Below the pieces are notes generated by a model. The model was not told the DNA's origin. It was given only the letters and a program-made list of their open reading frames with translations, and did no database searches. From contig NC_135767.1 in the NCBI RefSeq assembly GCF_052425735.1, positions 23,126,001 through 23,190,000 on the forward strand: a DNA stretch of 64,000 nucleotides, in the 5' to 3' direction. Numbering within the stretch: position 1 is the stretch's first letter; the number at the start of each line of letters is the position of its first letter. The DNA comes from Oculina patagonica (Eukaryota). A program made the translations under genes and the position numbers. This document shows positions 1 to 12,602 of the stretch, in pieces.

Positions 1-434
1 TCCAGAGGTATTCAGTGTATCTATTGGTTTAGGAACTAGCCCAAGCTGAATGTGTAAAGAAAGCGTCCATCCCCAAATAGACATACGGAAATTTAGCTGT
101 CATTGTTCACGTTCTCCAATATACGCAATATTTGGTCATTTCACGTTGTTGTTTCGCAGAGAACGGCCAAGAAATGTACCAGGATTGAAAACGCACGTGC
201 AGAGTTATTATTTTGCTAATTAAACCTTTTGTTTGGTGACGTTCTCGTTCACGTTGCCGTCGTGGTTTGCTAAAGCTCCCTAATGTTTGGCTTCATAAAT
301 CGTGTCGTTTGTCAATTTTGGTTTATCACCTTACAATGATTTATGTGTAGGTAATTTTATTTTCGGTTTTTACGAACGATTTTTGTCGGACTCGGCACGT
401 TTCACGGCCAGCAGATCACACGGATATATATATA

Positions 435-1111
435 AGGCTTTGGTAGATTGTGCCCGAAAAAAAGCACATTATGCTTTTAGCAGTGCTCATATTTTTTGGA
501 AATTATGCCAAAATTATGCTACTTTCTGAAAATTATGCTCTCTGTCACCGGAATTATGCTACTTAGATTTTAAGGAAAATAAAGATCACCAGTAGTTTAA
601 CTCTATCAATTTTAACTCAAATGAACATTTATATAGTCCACCTTCCAGTCTTACAGTCTTTGGCATCGCAAATACGCATGTGCGCACCTCGAAAAGCCAA
701 ATGATTACCAAATGATATCCAAATCAACCGTTTCTGGGTTCTGAAATCTGAATCCGGGTCAGAACTCATATACTTGTTTTAGACGCCATCCAGACAAAGC
801 CCTCAGTTCAGTATAAAGACAAATAAAACAAATAAACAAATAAAAAATTGAAAATCGAAAAAAAAAAACTCAGAAATGCACAGGGTGACCTGGAGTCCGG
901 ACCATATTTGACCATGGGCCTTAACACAGACCTCAATATTTTTCCAAAAACAATACAGAAATAAAATAAAAACTGAATTATTCTAGAACAATTTTTTTTT
1001 GTTTTCAACGCATAAACGCTCGGATTATGCTAGCAGTGCTAAACTGAAATTAAAGCTTAAAATTTTGCTTAATTATGCTTAAAATTATGCTAGCACAATC
1101 TACCAAAGCCT
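435..1111. mobile_element. Non-autonomous TIR DNA transposon (MITE)
   Basis: 19-bp terminal inverted repeat AGGCTTTGGTAGATTGTGC ... GCACAATCTACCAAAGCCT, internal repeated AATTATGCT motifs, no credible ORF. Confidence 0.65.
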
Positions 1112-3375
1112 ATATGCTGGACTGACAATTCATGGATCCCGGCTAGATTTGAGCTGCTTTTACGTGTCACGGGCTATATTTTTTGCTCAAATAACGCGTC
1201 ACGCATATTACCCCTTTAAAACCTCTGGTTCAAATATCACAGATATATTCGACATTTCAGCAGTTTCACTTCCTTCTTACACAGCAGATTCAGAAACAGC
1301 GAATTGAGACTTTCGTTAGTCCTGAGAATCGCCTCAAAATACATAGAAATATATAACCCTTCCAACAACAGTTAACGAAATCCAAACCAGTACCGCCGTT
1401 GTTTCGCAGATTGTATAATAAATTAATCTAGTTCAATCTCGAGTTAGTAATTCTGTGGTGTTATAAACTTGACTACTATTGCTCCTGAAATCAACATGAA
1501 ATGCAATCTCCTTTCCAGACAAAAACGTTCAGTTATAAAGCAAGGGCGACGTAATAGCTAAACACTGCTAACAAAAAGACAAAATCATACCAAAGTACAT
1601 AGATCAGTAATAGACTTGACTGCAAGGATTCTGGCTTGGGAGGAACCAAGGCTTGTGGATGATTAGCCTCCTGCGCAGACGCTTTTTGGGCTCGTCACGC
1701 TATCCTCACCCACGAGGGGGAGTATCGCGTGACGGCCCAAAGAGTCTGCGGAAGCGTAGTGGTGGATGGGCCTGTGTGCAAATGCTGAACTCGATACTTT
1801 AACTTCTAAGTTATTGATTTCTAACAACTGCGTTAAGTTTGCCAAACCTAGATTCCTGCTCTGGAAGATAATATTATTTACTTATTCATTTAGGACTTCC
1901 TGTTTATTTATATTTACGTATTTACCTGACAGTTCCCGTTTGGGGTCGCGAAAGAAGAAAAATTTAAAACATGATTGTTAAAAGACATGACCTGTTCAGA
2001 AACATTTAACCGTTTTGTCTCTGTTTACTAATGAATAGAATCTTTCTCTTACCTAAACATCCAACCCACAGTCTGCGTTTTTATGTTTCAAACCAGATAC
2101 ACTGAATTTTATTAGCCTGCGTCGCAGACGAACTATAGTCCAGTATAGTATGGATGATTTTGTGACACGTCCGGCTGCAACGAAGGCTAAATTTTATCAG
2201 TCCCCCGTATACTCTTGTATAACGCTTAGCTTGGCCGAAGCAGTTAAGAAGGTCAAGATGGAAATGTGGCCCTTCACTTTGTGTCGCCCTTATGCGTGTA
2301 TGATATAGGACCGATACTGCGTAAATAAACAAGTGACAAAAGAAATAGCTTGTTTTGTTTTTTAAAGGAAACGGGAGATTTTGCCAACTGACCCGCCACA
2401 CATAAAGATATTGTCAGGGAAGACTCTCAAGAATAGCAAACCCTGGCTATTTGTCAAGACAACGCGTAAACTAGATCATGTAGCAAACAAAACCAAATCA
2501 GATTGGATTTGGATTTTTGGCAAATCCTAATATCAGTAATTGACAAGGACTTTGGCTTGAAAATATCGAAACCGCGTGTGCAGCTGACAGAACTTATTTC
2601 TTAATCTACAAACATCCCGTAAATTGAGACGCTACCAGGCTTGGCCAATTTACCTATAGCATAAATGCGTGCTGTAGAAGGTATCTGAAACAAAAGAACT
2701 TTATCTATTCTAAATTCATTTTGGTTTCTTCATCATTAACAAGGTATATATATCATGTGTCTTTTAGCATATGACTTCCTGATCACCGTACATTTCTTTT
2801 TAATTTGTTCAGAGAATTTGCTGGTACCAACACAGTGCCTCTGTGTGATTTTTTTTTACAATTTTCATCCCCTGTTTTGGTCATTTATCGATTTTGTCAT
2901 TTATTCGACGTTAATAATTTTTTGGGAATAAAACGGTTTACATCATAGAGTTATAATGGGTCTCTAAGTTTCTCATGAGTAACAGTTCCTTTGCATGTAG
3001 GGAGTATCCTAAACTTTTGCTGATTTGATTCGCGTTTTTATTGCATGCATAGAGGGGTCTATGTGAGCTAGGCGAATGATAAAAACAACGAAAGCAACAA
3101 CAACAACTCTTTCCTTTGATACCCTCATTTTATTTTCATTTGTGTGGTACTAACGGTGTACAATATTGCCACAAAATCAATGAATTTAACCTGCAAAAGC
3201 TAACACAACCTCGTTCCCAGGAACGAGGTTAAAGCTAACACATTTTTTATTTTCTATCCCCTAAAACTGTTGTAAAGCAAAATTTCGAAGTCAAGCAGCG
3301 ACTTAATTTATAATAAAACGATTTCGAAAAAATCTGCCTGACGCGCGCTTGTAGTTGTAAACTTGTTAGGGCTTC

Positions 3376-3833
3376 TCAGGCGTACAGAGCGTAAACATCA
3401 GCGCAGACTCTTCCTCCATTGTCGTGTTCGGTGAAATTCACCAAATCATCACCATACCACAAACGGAACTGATCGTCCGAGCGCACCGAGAAAGGCGAGA
3501 AAGACGGTAGGACAATCTCAGGGGACATGGAGTTATATCCGGGAATCTCAGACCACTTTCCATTGCCAAATGTGAAGAACTCACTCGGCGGGACAATGAC
3601 GTGATTGCTTGATGTTGTTATGACAACATTGACATGGTTTTTTACGCCGCCAGCGTCACCACAGCCCCAGAAAGAGTAGTGGGAAACACGCCTTTTGCCA
3701 CAGGTGACATAGCCACTCAGGTGCACCAATGTAAAGCCCGCAATCTTGCCACCGTAAGAGACACTGAAATCGCCATACTGGGTATCTCTTGTGCCAAAAC
3801 ACACTGGACGGAAATTCAGTTTGAGCCAGCGAT
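3376..3833 (-). CDS. AJLec-like lectin, copy A: mature-domain exon only, no adjacent signal exon found
   Basis: Phase-1 acceptor (cttttag|AT CGC TGG) then an intact frame RWLKLNFRPVCFG...LVHLSGYVTC...SFWGCG...GYNSMSPEIVL...RLWYGDDLVNFTEHDNGGRVCADVYALYA*. Matches, from recollection, the Anthopleura japonica lectin AJLec pattern (W.KLN..PVCF, SYWGC, GYN.MSPELVL, LRVWYGEDL...E.DN.G.VCADV). Closest paralog here is copy C. Confidence 0.75.
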
Positions 3834-4571
3834 CTAAAAGTAAAAGAGCATAGAATTATAAACGGTGAATATAGTACCTAAGCATTCCGATAGAAAATTA
3901 AAAGTAACTAACCTCGCTCGAAACTAGAACAAATATTAAACCACTTTATTTGAAACCGGTTAAAGAAGTTTTTTGTAGACCTCTTACAGTATTCGTTCTG
4001 AACGGGCGAGAATGACGAACACATTTCAAAATTAGGAATGCAGGAAAAAATACGTTGTATAATAAATATCGTATTTAAACATTTACATTTTTGCTCGCCA
4101 CTTGAATTTTTACACGAGTCTTATCCGACCTCCGCACTCGAAAAAAAAAATGCAAGAATATCCACTGTCGACGTTACACAGTTTTAGCTATCGTAAGCAT
4201 ATTATTCTCAGCCGAATTATTTTACTTATTTTACTTGAAGGCACCCTAAATTTTTGAACTTGTATTCAACAGAGAGCGGATAAGCGTTCTGTGAAGCAGC
4301 TTTGACTACTTTCGACTCAAAGCAGTGCGACAAAGAATTAATTAAAACGGCGGTAAAACATTCGCTATAACTAATAGTGCATGGCAAACCTGTGTAAGGT
4401 CTCCCAGCATTTCTCTTCGTGATCTTAGAAGTATCGTCCTGACTGATCGAGCGATCAGAGCTTCCCTTCCCAAGCGATTCTGTGTTCACCAAAGGCGCGT
4501 CACTTTTGTCGACATCCGTTGGAATTTTCGCGGCCAGCGAACCAACAGTGAAAACGAATAGTCCAGTGGGT

Positions 4572-6835
4572 TAGTGCTACATTTTGCGAAAATCGTTACA
4601 GACCGGACAAAAGCACCAAACTTGGCATACGAAGACCTCTGGCCATATCATTTCCAAAAATATGATGCTCCAAAAAAAATATTTGCACTTAAAGGCGAAA
4701 ATGACGTCATTTGTTACGTCACACTTGTGTCTGGCTGTTTTTGATTTTGTGTGTTATATACTGATAAACAACATGTTCGGGTAGGGGCTTTCTACCGCTT
4801 ATTCGGACAGAAAAGAGCAAAACATTTTGGCAATACTTTTTAAAACAATAATTTCAATTAAAACACGGGGCTCTTCATAAATTGTAAATATTTTTGTTGC
4901 CTTTTTGCCGGATCGCGCGAAGGGCATTATTCTTAATTTTGTTAATTATCTGACCGCAACACTTTTTCTTTAATGGATAAACTCTCGAAAACATTCCGAT
5001 AACAGTGCTGTTATTTTAAGAGAAAAATTAATTTTTGTGAGACAGTTTTAGCTCCTTTAGGAGCTGTGATAATATTACGCGCCTGCAAAACATCAGCGGG
5101 AGTTAAAGAAAACTACTCGCCTGGAAAATTTCAGCGGGAAACGTGTGTGACTGGATTGCTGCAGCCGGGTAAGTTGCATCGTAGTTTTATACCTTTTTCA
5201 AACAAATATGTACAATACGAAATATTCTTTTAAAAATAATTCTGACTGTTATGCATTTTCTTGACGAAGAGGACGCGCTACCACGTTGCTTATTATTTCC
5301 TCATTTTCATATCTTATTCAAATACAAGAAACTGGTTCCAAGGATGCAGTCGTACACTCTTCGGCTTTAGAAGTGTAAAGTCGCTGTGTATGTGCCTGGT
5401 ACTCTTCTTTTCTAATCGATTCCCAAATTAGCAGGTTTAGATTCTATTCTGGTGAGCTTTATCTGCGAAGAGTAAGCTCAGATTTGTTTATTATTCACAT
5501 TACAAGCGGTCAGTAGTTCCACGTGGCAAAATGAAATTGACCACTATTGCTGCACGAAAAAAGACAAACAAAGCACGCATTATAAAGGTACGAATTTCCC
5601 ACCTAAATTCGGTCTACAAAGGATTCTTGAAGAACTGAAGAACTTTTGTTTCTCCACTGCAAATATATTTTTTATATATTTTGTTTTGATTTCTAGAGTT
5701 CATGATACAAATTACAATTTATTACATGGTAGGTTTGTGTTTTTTAGAACAGTATGAGACTATGGACTGGACATTATGTGCTATATGCCAAGAAAAAACA
5801 TCGGAGCCGCTTTCAAGCCCACAGCATTCTGCAAACTGGCGTGATCCTCTTTGTGTATACAGAGATTTCATTGAAAATTTGACAGAATTCGAAAAATTAA
5901 ATGCAGTTCCTGTAAAGTCTGGTATCGCATCAACAGATGTATCCGAGAGATCCGCAGAGGCCTTCTTGAGAAACAAGGCATTATGGCATCGCTCTTGTCA
6001 TCAAAAATTTAACAACTCGAAACTTGAAAGAGAGCAAACCAGGAAACACAAATTAGAGGCAGCAGCGGAAAATGGCGACGAAAGCAAAGATGGTGAAATA
6101 CGCCGATCAAAACGAAAGTGTTTTGAAAGTTCCCGTGACAGCAGTAATTGTATTTTCTGCGACCAGAATTCGGGAAAGCTTCATGAATATAGCACATTTT
6201 CATCAGATACGTCGATTAGAAACATGGCCCAGGAAATGCAAGATACGGTTATGGTGGCTAAAATCAGTGGTGGCGACGTAGTAGCTATCGGCGCTAAATA
6301 TCATCTTCAGTGCCTAACTGCCTATAGAAACAAATATCGCTCGTATGTCAGACAGCATGAAACCCGGCAAAATATCTTAAGGGAAAGAAGCAAAGCTAGA
6401 GTATTTGCTGAACTTGCATCATACTTAGAAGAATCGCTTAATGCAGGAATTTCCATCTTTCAGTTGTCCGAACTGCATTCCTTGTATGAAAAGCGTCTGA
6501 AGGAACTCGGAGAAGACATTTCCGTCAACAAAACTCGTCTTAAGGAGAAGCTACTCGATCACTTTTCTAGTATGGGATTACAGGAGCAATCTGATGGAAA
6601 AAATACTGTTCTAGTATTTCCTGAAGGCATGCAACAGATGATCAAAGATATGTACTCTAATCGTAACTATGACGATGAAGTGCTTCTATTGGCTAAGGTT
6701 GCAAAGATGTGCCGGAATGAGATTCTTTCTGTGAATACTTCGTTTTCTGGAGCTTTTTCACTGGATTGCCAATGTAGCATCACACCAATCACAAACGAGC
6801 TTGTTTCCATGATTTTATATGGGTTAAACATTGAG
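4572..6835 (+). mobile_element. 3'-truncated DNA transposon, probably Academ type, with an N-terminal transposase fragment (~5761-6835)
   Basis: Intronless ORF MDWTLCAICQ...WHRSC...CIFC...SGGDVVAIGAKYHLQCL...VNKTRLKEKLL resembles the N-terminus of the large marine-invertebrate Academ-like transposases. Candidate left end begins TAG at 4572. Similarity stops at a (GAAC)n repeat. Confidence 0.6.
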
Positions 6836-6985
6836 CGAGCGAACGAGCGAACGAACGAACGAACGAACAAACGGGCGGGGGAAAAGGGAGGAGTTGGTTC
6901 CTTCCCCCTACCCCCTCCCCGTTTCGCACACTCGCACGTTTGTTCGCCCCGCGCGAATGGTAAGGAATCGACACTCTGCAGACTA
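6833..6985. repeat. MITE right end with (GAAC)n microsatellite
   Basis: gagcgagcgaacgagcgaacgaacgaac... ending in ctgcagacta; it replaces the rest of the transposase and gives the low-complexity ORF tail ERANERTNERTN. Confidence 0.5.
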
Positions 6986-7119
6986 CTAATAAGGGGAAAT
7001 AAAGATTTCAGGAATTACATGTTAATAGTACTTTGTACCTCCCATTCTAGACTGCAGTCTGTGTAAACTTATTTGGAAAGATTTTTCCTTGTAAGTTCCT
7101 GGTTCTCTTCTGGAAAGAA

Positions 7120-7320
7120 CCGTATCGAGCGGTCCGGGTTCGATCCCTGTCCGGGGTCATTGCCTTGTAGACTCCTTGTGTTCCTGGGCAAAACACTTTA
7201 CTCTCACAGTGCCTCTCCACCCTGATGTACAAAAATGCACCGGCGAAATTAACGCTGAAAAGTAGCCCTGCGATAGGCTAGCTTCCAATCTGTGGGGAAA
7301 GGGTAGACAGGTAGAATTAC
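7120..7320 (+). repeat. tRNA-derived CORE-type SINE, partial
   Basis: B-box-like GGTTCGATCCC followed by gggcaaaacactttactctcacagtgcctctccac; same family as 56965-57240. Confidence 0.6.
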
Positions 7321-7534
7321 TCGCCCTAATACGATTTCTATGTTTGTTCGTACAATTTGCATGTTTGATCATTTGACGAAGCGAGAGAAGTTGTGCATAG
7401 GAAATAACGAAAACATGCAATTTGGAGACATCCATTCGTAACTAGAAAAAAACAACACAATTTTAAAGACTCTAGCCATGTTTTATTTCATATACTGGAT
7501 TGTTTTACACTCCAGTGCATCCAAGCCTCACGTT

Positions 7535-10500
7535 TTAACAATAGGTCTGAAGCAACCTATACAGAAGGTTGTACAAAGAGCGATGACGAATGTTGATTGC
7601 GTCATCAATATGGACAACATCCTTCACGCTGAAGTCTCCACCCCAGCGAAGAACTCGATTCTGCCGAATTTTGGAGATGAAGCACTTGACTCCTGGTGTG
7701 TGTTTGCTGACGTCTCCAAGGCATGTACTGTTGCAGAGTTTGCCTCCATCCTTCAGGTTCATGTCAATTGCATGCCCCACAAAGTGGTTGCTGATTTTAG
7801 AGGGTTTTACTATGGCACCGCTGATTGTCCCTCCAGTGTCTTTCCTGAAGGTGCTGGTCAGATGAATCTAAAGAAACGAAACCATTTTAGCCAAATTTAG
7901 ACATACGAAAATGGCCACCAAATACACCTTTTTCCAATATGACAGAAAACACATTTATACTTTTGTTTTTATGTTTATTGGCTTTCGTGGCCTCGATCGC
8001 GTCTGCAGAAGTCGAAAGAATTTTTGGATTAAAACGAGGCCATGAAGGCCAATTAACATGAAGACAAAAGAACACAGGTTTTCTCGGCCATTTTGGAAAG
8101 AGGTGTATTGAGTGGAACATAAAAATAACTACTTAAAACAGTACTGAAACATAAATTATAACACAACAAAAACAAAAGAAGGTAATGATGGACAAAAATT
8201 GAAGAGGATGAAAACAGATTACGATATGTGTTTTTGAAATACTGCTAAGCTGAACAGTTTTAATACCGCCAAACCAAAGAACAAAATGAACAATCTTGTT
8301 TTTCTTTTTGTAACCGTGATGTACTGTTTGTAATAAAGCTATGGTTTTGTCATTTATACCCAAGGTAAATTAAAGTAAATTCTTCGCTAACATTGAGTTT
8401 CGTAGCGAGTAAATGGCAAAACATAATAACTAAGACTAAAATCAGCCGTGACACGGTCCCTTATACCCTGGTCGCCAGCGAGAATAATCCTCTGGTACCC
8501 AGGGTAGGTACCTTAAAGAAACAAGACAAATATTAATTTGAAGCAGGGGCGTAATCAGGATTTTTCCAGAGTTACTCACAATTTTTTAAATGCGCCTCCA
8601 ACCCTTCCCACGCACAATTTCTCTCAAGTCCCAAATCTTTTTCAGGTGTCATGATTTAATTCTCTTTACCTTCAGAAACTTCCTTGGAAGTCTTCGGAAA
8701 ATTTCGTTATCTTCATAAAAGTTCGGAAATGATCGGAAAAGTTCGTATGGCCTTCGAACAACAATCGGAGAATCTTCGGAAATCTACGGTTCAGAAAATG
8801 CTCAAAAAACAAAAGGTTGATAGAACGGAAAAAAGTTGCTCCAAATATGAAAACTTGCCGAGTAGTTTTGGGACAGTCTTAGACCCCCCACGTTCCAAAA
8901 CGCTCCGTCGCCTCTGGGAGGTCATGTTACATGTGTAAGCGTTCTTACTTGACACGAAATGACAACTGGGTCGTAAAATTCTTTGTTTCGTTCTTGGGTT
9001 AATTGAAGTGCCTCGATCGCTTATCATTGCCAAAATGTTAGCGGTATCTCAGATCCTTGTTCAAAAATGAGTGGGGGGGGGGGGGGGGTTACCGCTGTTG
9101 TGCGCCACATTGTTTTTCATAGGCGTTGTTTTCCTTGAAAAAAGCACCTACATATACATTCTTGTACCCTAGTTAAGTTTTATTTTGGTACGCCCTTCTA
9201 AGAAATATACGAAAGAAAAATATCAATGTGCACATGCCTATATAACTGTTGATAGCTTTAATAGATGTTATAACGGTTTTCCTTTACAAGCACAAAGCTA
9301 ATCTTGTGTCTTTTTTGTCAGGAAAAACTCAGAAAGACCACATTCAAACTCTATTTCCGACATAGCGCTCAGAAGTGGCGTCTTGAAACTGTTTATGTTA
9401 CTGAAGCTACGCTCTGCAACACACGTTGACAGAGGATGCGCGAGAAGCATTTTGTCTTTTAATGGAAATTGGAATTGGAAGTAGCAGTGGCACAGCCATT
9501 GTTTGTATACTTTTTTTTGAGGGAGGAATACCAGAGAACCCGAAAAAAAAACCTTTGCAGCAAGGACGAGAACGAACAACAAACCCGACCCATCAATGAC
9601 GCCGGTCCAGAATTCGAACCCGGGCCACATTGGTGGGAAGAAAGTTTCCACCTCGCATGTACTGTCTTTAAAAAAATCAATCACAGAACGTGGTAAACCA
9701 AAACCAGGGCAATTAAAGAATACTCTCGATACTCATGGAAAAACCACTCTACTTTAAAAAGATTACACCACACGATAAACCAACCTTCACGTTGCACAAG
9801 TAAGCATATATGTTCATCACTCGGATTGCAGGCATGAACCATGTGTGAACACGTCCTGTTCCCACATAGTATCCTCCATGGAACGTGGTAAGGTAACATG
9901 TTCCTAACAAAATATTGTTCCAATTACTATGCATGTGTCTTATCGACCTCAATAATGTGTTGGCGGAAAAAAGGGAGTGGTGGGACATATTCCTGACAGT
10001 TTACTTGCAAAGGAAGTATGGCGATGAATTGGCGTGCAAGATTTTTCTTCAAACGCTTTGTTTTTGATTTCTACTCACAGGTTAAAACTTCCCTTGGCTG
10101 CAATGAACTAATAATTTTTTTTGTTTCAAAATGTTTCGTAGTTAACCGTTGAGTTTTCGAATTCATTCTTGAAAAGGGACATATTCCTGACAGTTTACTT
10201 GAAAGGAAGAACGGTGAATTGGCGTGCAAGATTTTTCTTTAAACTCTTTGTTTTTGATTTCTACTCACAGGTAAAAACTTCCCTTGGCTGCAATGAACTA
10301 TTACATTTTTTGTTTCAAAATGTTTCGTATTTTACCGTTGAGTTTACGAATTATCCTTGCAGGAACCAGAGGAATATAAAATTTTTAAGACCGACACGTA
10401 CTTCTTCGTCGGTTAATATTCATAATGCGCCACGTCACATTACGAAACGGATTCTCGTACTTCCAAAAGACCCCGTGATTTAGTTCTTTATAAATGAGAA

Positions 10501-10882
10501 ATCTAATGCTCTTAATAAATTCTGAGGCTGACTTATCTGAGCGTAAAACAACGCTCATAATGTACTTTATCAAGACGTTGCGACCGAGAACCTTCGGTCT
10601 TCTTCGGTTGTTAACATGGCAGAAAAAGCAACGGCTTTTTTTAACGGTTACACATTTGTACGAGTGAAATGAGAAATCTGCCAAGACGCAAAAAAGCGAA
10701 AAAGTTGTGAAAAACGACACCTAATTCCACAGTCAGTTTTGTATCATGAAGAAAATTCAAAGAGGATTTGTAGCGATTTGAAAATTTTAAAATAATCATT
10801 CAATCAAAGAACTCTTACCCGACTCCGCACTGAAAGGGAGTGCCAATAGCATCACAACACCCAAAATCAACTTTAAGTCCAT
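7535..10882 (-). CDS. Secreted zinc peptidase of the M15 (M15C-like) family, copy 1, 171 aa, 3 coding exons
   Basis: Exons 10882-10819 (signal MDLKLILGVVMLLALPFSAES, phase 1), 9903-9785 (GTCYLTTFHGG...LCNVK, phase 0), 7867-7535 (IHLTSTFR...SNHFVGHAID...LRWGGDFSVKDVVHID...C*). All introns are GT-AG and the frame is continuous (516 nt). Motifs TS.FR, SxHxxGxAxD and WGGD(F/W)xxxDxxH are the M15C signature. Confidence 0.8.
9460..9660 (-). repeat. tRNA-derived SINE in intron 2 of peptidase copy 1
   Basis: Reverse strand reads ccaccaatgtggcccgggttcgaattc...ggtattcctccctc...aattccaattccat; same family as 36215-36433. Confidence 0.6.
9982..10353. repeat. Intronic ~190-bp tandem duplication
   Basis: gggacatattcctgacagtttacttg...ccgttgagttt.cgaatt occurs at ~9982 and ~10176; the paralogous intron (~19429) has a single copy. 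Confidence 0.8.
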
Positions 10883-11469
10883 AATGTTTCGCGTGGTACG
10901 AACGCCTGTCGAAGAAACAGCATAGACAGCAAGATAAAATATTTGAAAACCCGAAAACAAAGAGGAAAGTCGAAATTATGTTAACCAGTTGAGTCAGTTG
11001 GAATTTTCTAACTTGAAATATCGTAATTAAAGATGAAATAAGGTAGATCAAAAAGTCCTTGATTTCAAAAGCGTACTCAAAAATATATTAAACAGTATTA
11101 TTAATTCTTCGTATATTTATTAACATCCAAATCAGCAGTTGTAGCCATTATTTTCTGAACTTCTTAAAAAGGTGCGGAGATGACTTATTTTATTTTTCTT
11201 TGAAAATATCTAGTAGTAGTATCTAGGAGCAGTATCTAAGTCTATCCCCGATTAACCAGAAACATTCCTCAAACGATTCCGTTTCAAATAAAGACAGTTT
11301 TAATTCTTTAACATGAATTAAGAAGTCCTTTAAAAACCTTTTACTACTTCCCCAAGTGCCTGTTCGCGTCCGGTAATGAGCAAAGCGTTTCCCTGGCTTC
11401 ACGACCTTTATAACATTTTTCAGTCGCCACTGTAAAATACAAAAAAAAAACTCGGAATAGATATCTATA

Positions 11470-12210
11470 TAACTTACCCTTCTAAGAACTCAGCGCCTGG
11501 TTGTAAGAACGAAAACAGAAGCTAGAACAAATAAGAAAACAGGATATCAAACACGTTAAATGTAGAATTAACGTGATTATCATTTTTAAAGCGACTATAA
11601 AAAAGCTATATTTACTTCTTGCTGTTCAAAGCTGAATGAATTTCTTCCTTGAACAGTGATCGATCTTGTTCACTCGACAATTTTTTTTCGTAGTGGATCT
11701 GTCCAATGGCATTAAACCAAACAGTTTTCTTTGATTTTTTTTGTGTCACGTTTGCTTTCGGGCATTAAGCTCGCAGAGACATAATCACGACGTATTGTCT
11801 GTGCGAGATTCTACCTGAACAAAGATAAAGACATTAGGCCCAACAAGAAGTGATACTACATTTTTTTTAATTCTTGTTTAAAAATTATTCTAGAAAATTT
11901 TGAGGAGATTAGATTTATTAACAACTAACAGCATTCATTTTTTACTTACAATTCCAAACGTCAATAAACGTTCGAGAAGACCAGTTAAGAGTGAAAAAAT
12001 AAGGTGAAAAAGCTTTGTCATTGTCGGACACTTAGCAATTGTCAAAACTGTGCGACAAAAAAAAATACAGAACTTCTTTTTTTAAACTTTGAGACCGATG
12101 TGTCTGTGTTTATCAAACAAAATCGAGTCTGCCAATTGCTTGTCACGATGAGTTTTAAAATAGGCTGTGTTTATAAACCTGGCTACGCACAGTCTATATT
12201 TACCGAACCA
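11470..12210 (-). promoter_or_regulatory. Conserved upstream module: two putative non-coding 5' exons plus promoter region
   Basis: Homologous to 26945-27920 and 35190-35990, with minus-strand GT donors at equivalent places (~11477 and ~11615; ~26951 and ~27072; ~35195 and ~35352) and shared blocks ttcaaa.ctgaatg...tgtccaat and ctgtgtttat.aa...ggct.tgtttat. Confidence 0.55.
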
Positions 12211-12439
12211 AAAAAAACAAAACAGGCACTTGACTGTTTCAATACTTTATCACGTTTCTCGACTACAACATTTTTCACAGATGAAACTATTTTTCAGCTT
12301 TTTCTTAATCACTGAGATTTGTCAGACCAACAAAAGCACTAGCTAATTATATTTTATGTATTTTCTTCTTGTTGGCAATAGCGTTGGTTAGAATGATAAG
12401 CTTAGTTCCATTTATTTGTCAAACGAAATGTCATCTTAT

Positions 12440-12602
12440 AGCCGGCACTATGCCCAAACTGTGTAAACTGGCTTGGCGGCAAAACGATGTAATTGGATGA
12501 CGTTGATATGACAACATTAGTTAGATCCCTCAAGCTGTAACCACAGCCCCAGAAAGACCAGTTGTTAGGGTCGGCAGTTTTACAGGACTCGTAGCCATAC
12601 AA
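12440..12602 (-). pseudogene. Internal fragment of an AJLec-like lectin exon, most similar to copy D
   Basis: YGYESCKTADPNNWSFWGCGYSLRDLTNVVISTSSNYIVLPPSQFTQFGHSAG; both ends are missing and the 3' side is fused to sequence homologous to 27960-27992. Confidence 0.8.

Noticed and set aside
5702-7066. 454-aa ORF as a complete host gene
   Set aside because: Chimeric: a transposase fragment reading through into a microsatellite and MITE end.
7535-7867. Hedgehog N-terminal domain or hedgling, which shares the SxHxxGxAxD fold motif
   Set aside because: The distal motif is WGGDF...DxxH (M15C-like) rather than Hedgehog's FDWVxYE...HxH, and there is no Hint, VWA or cadherin exon.
7478-7900. Plus-strand ORFs over the peptidase and lectin exons (also 18280-18629, 31793-32062, 38368-38856, 44970-45251)
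   Set aside because: Antisense shadows of the real minus-strand exons; their similarity to each other follows from the paralogy.
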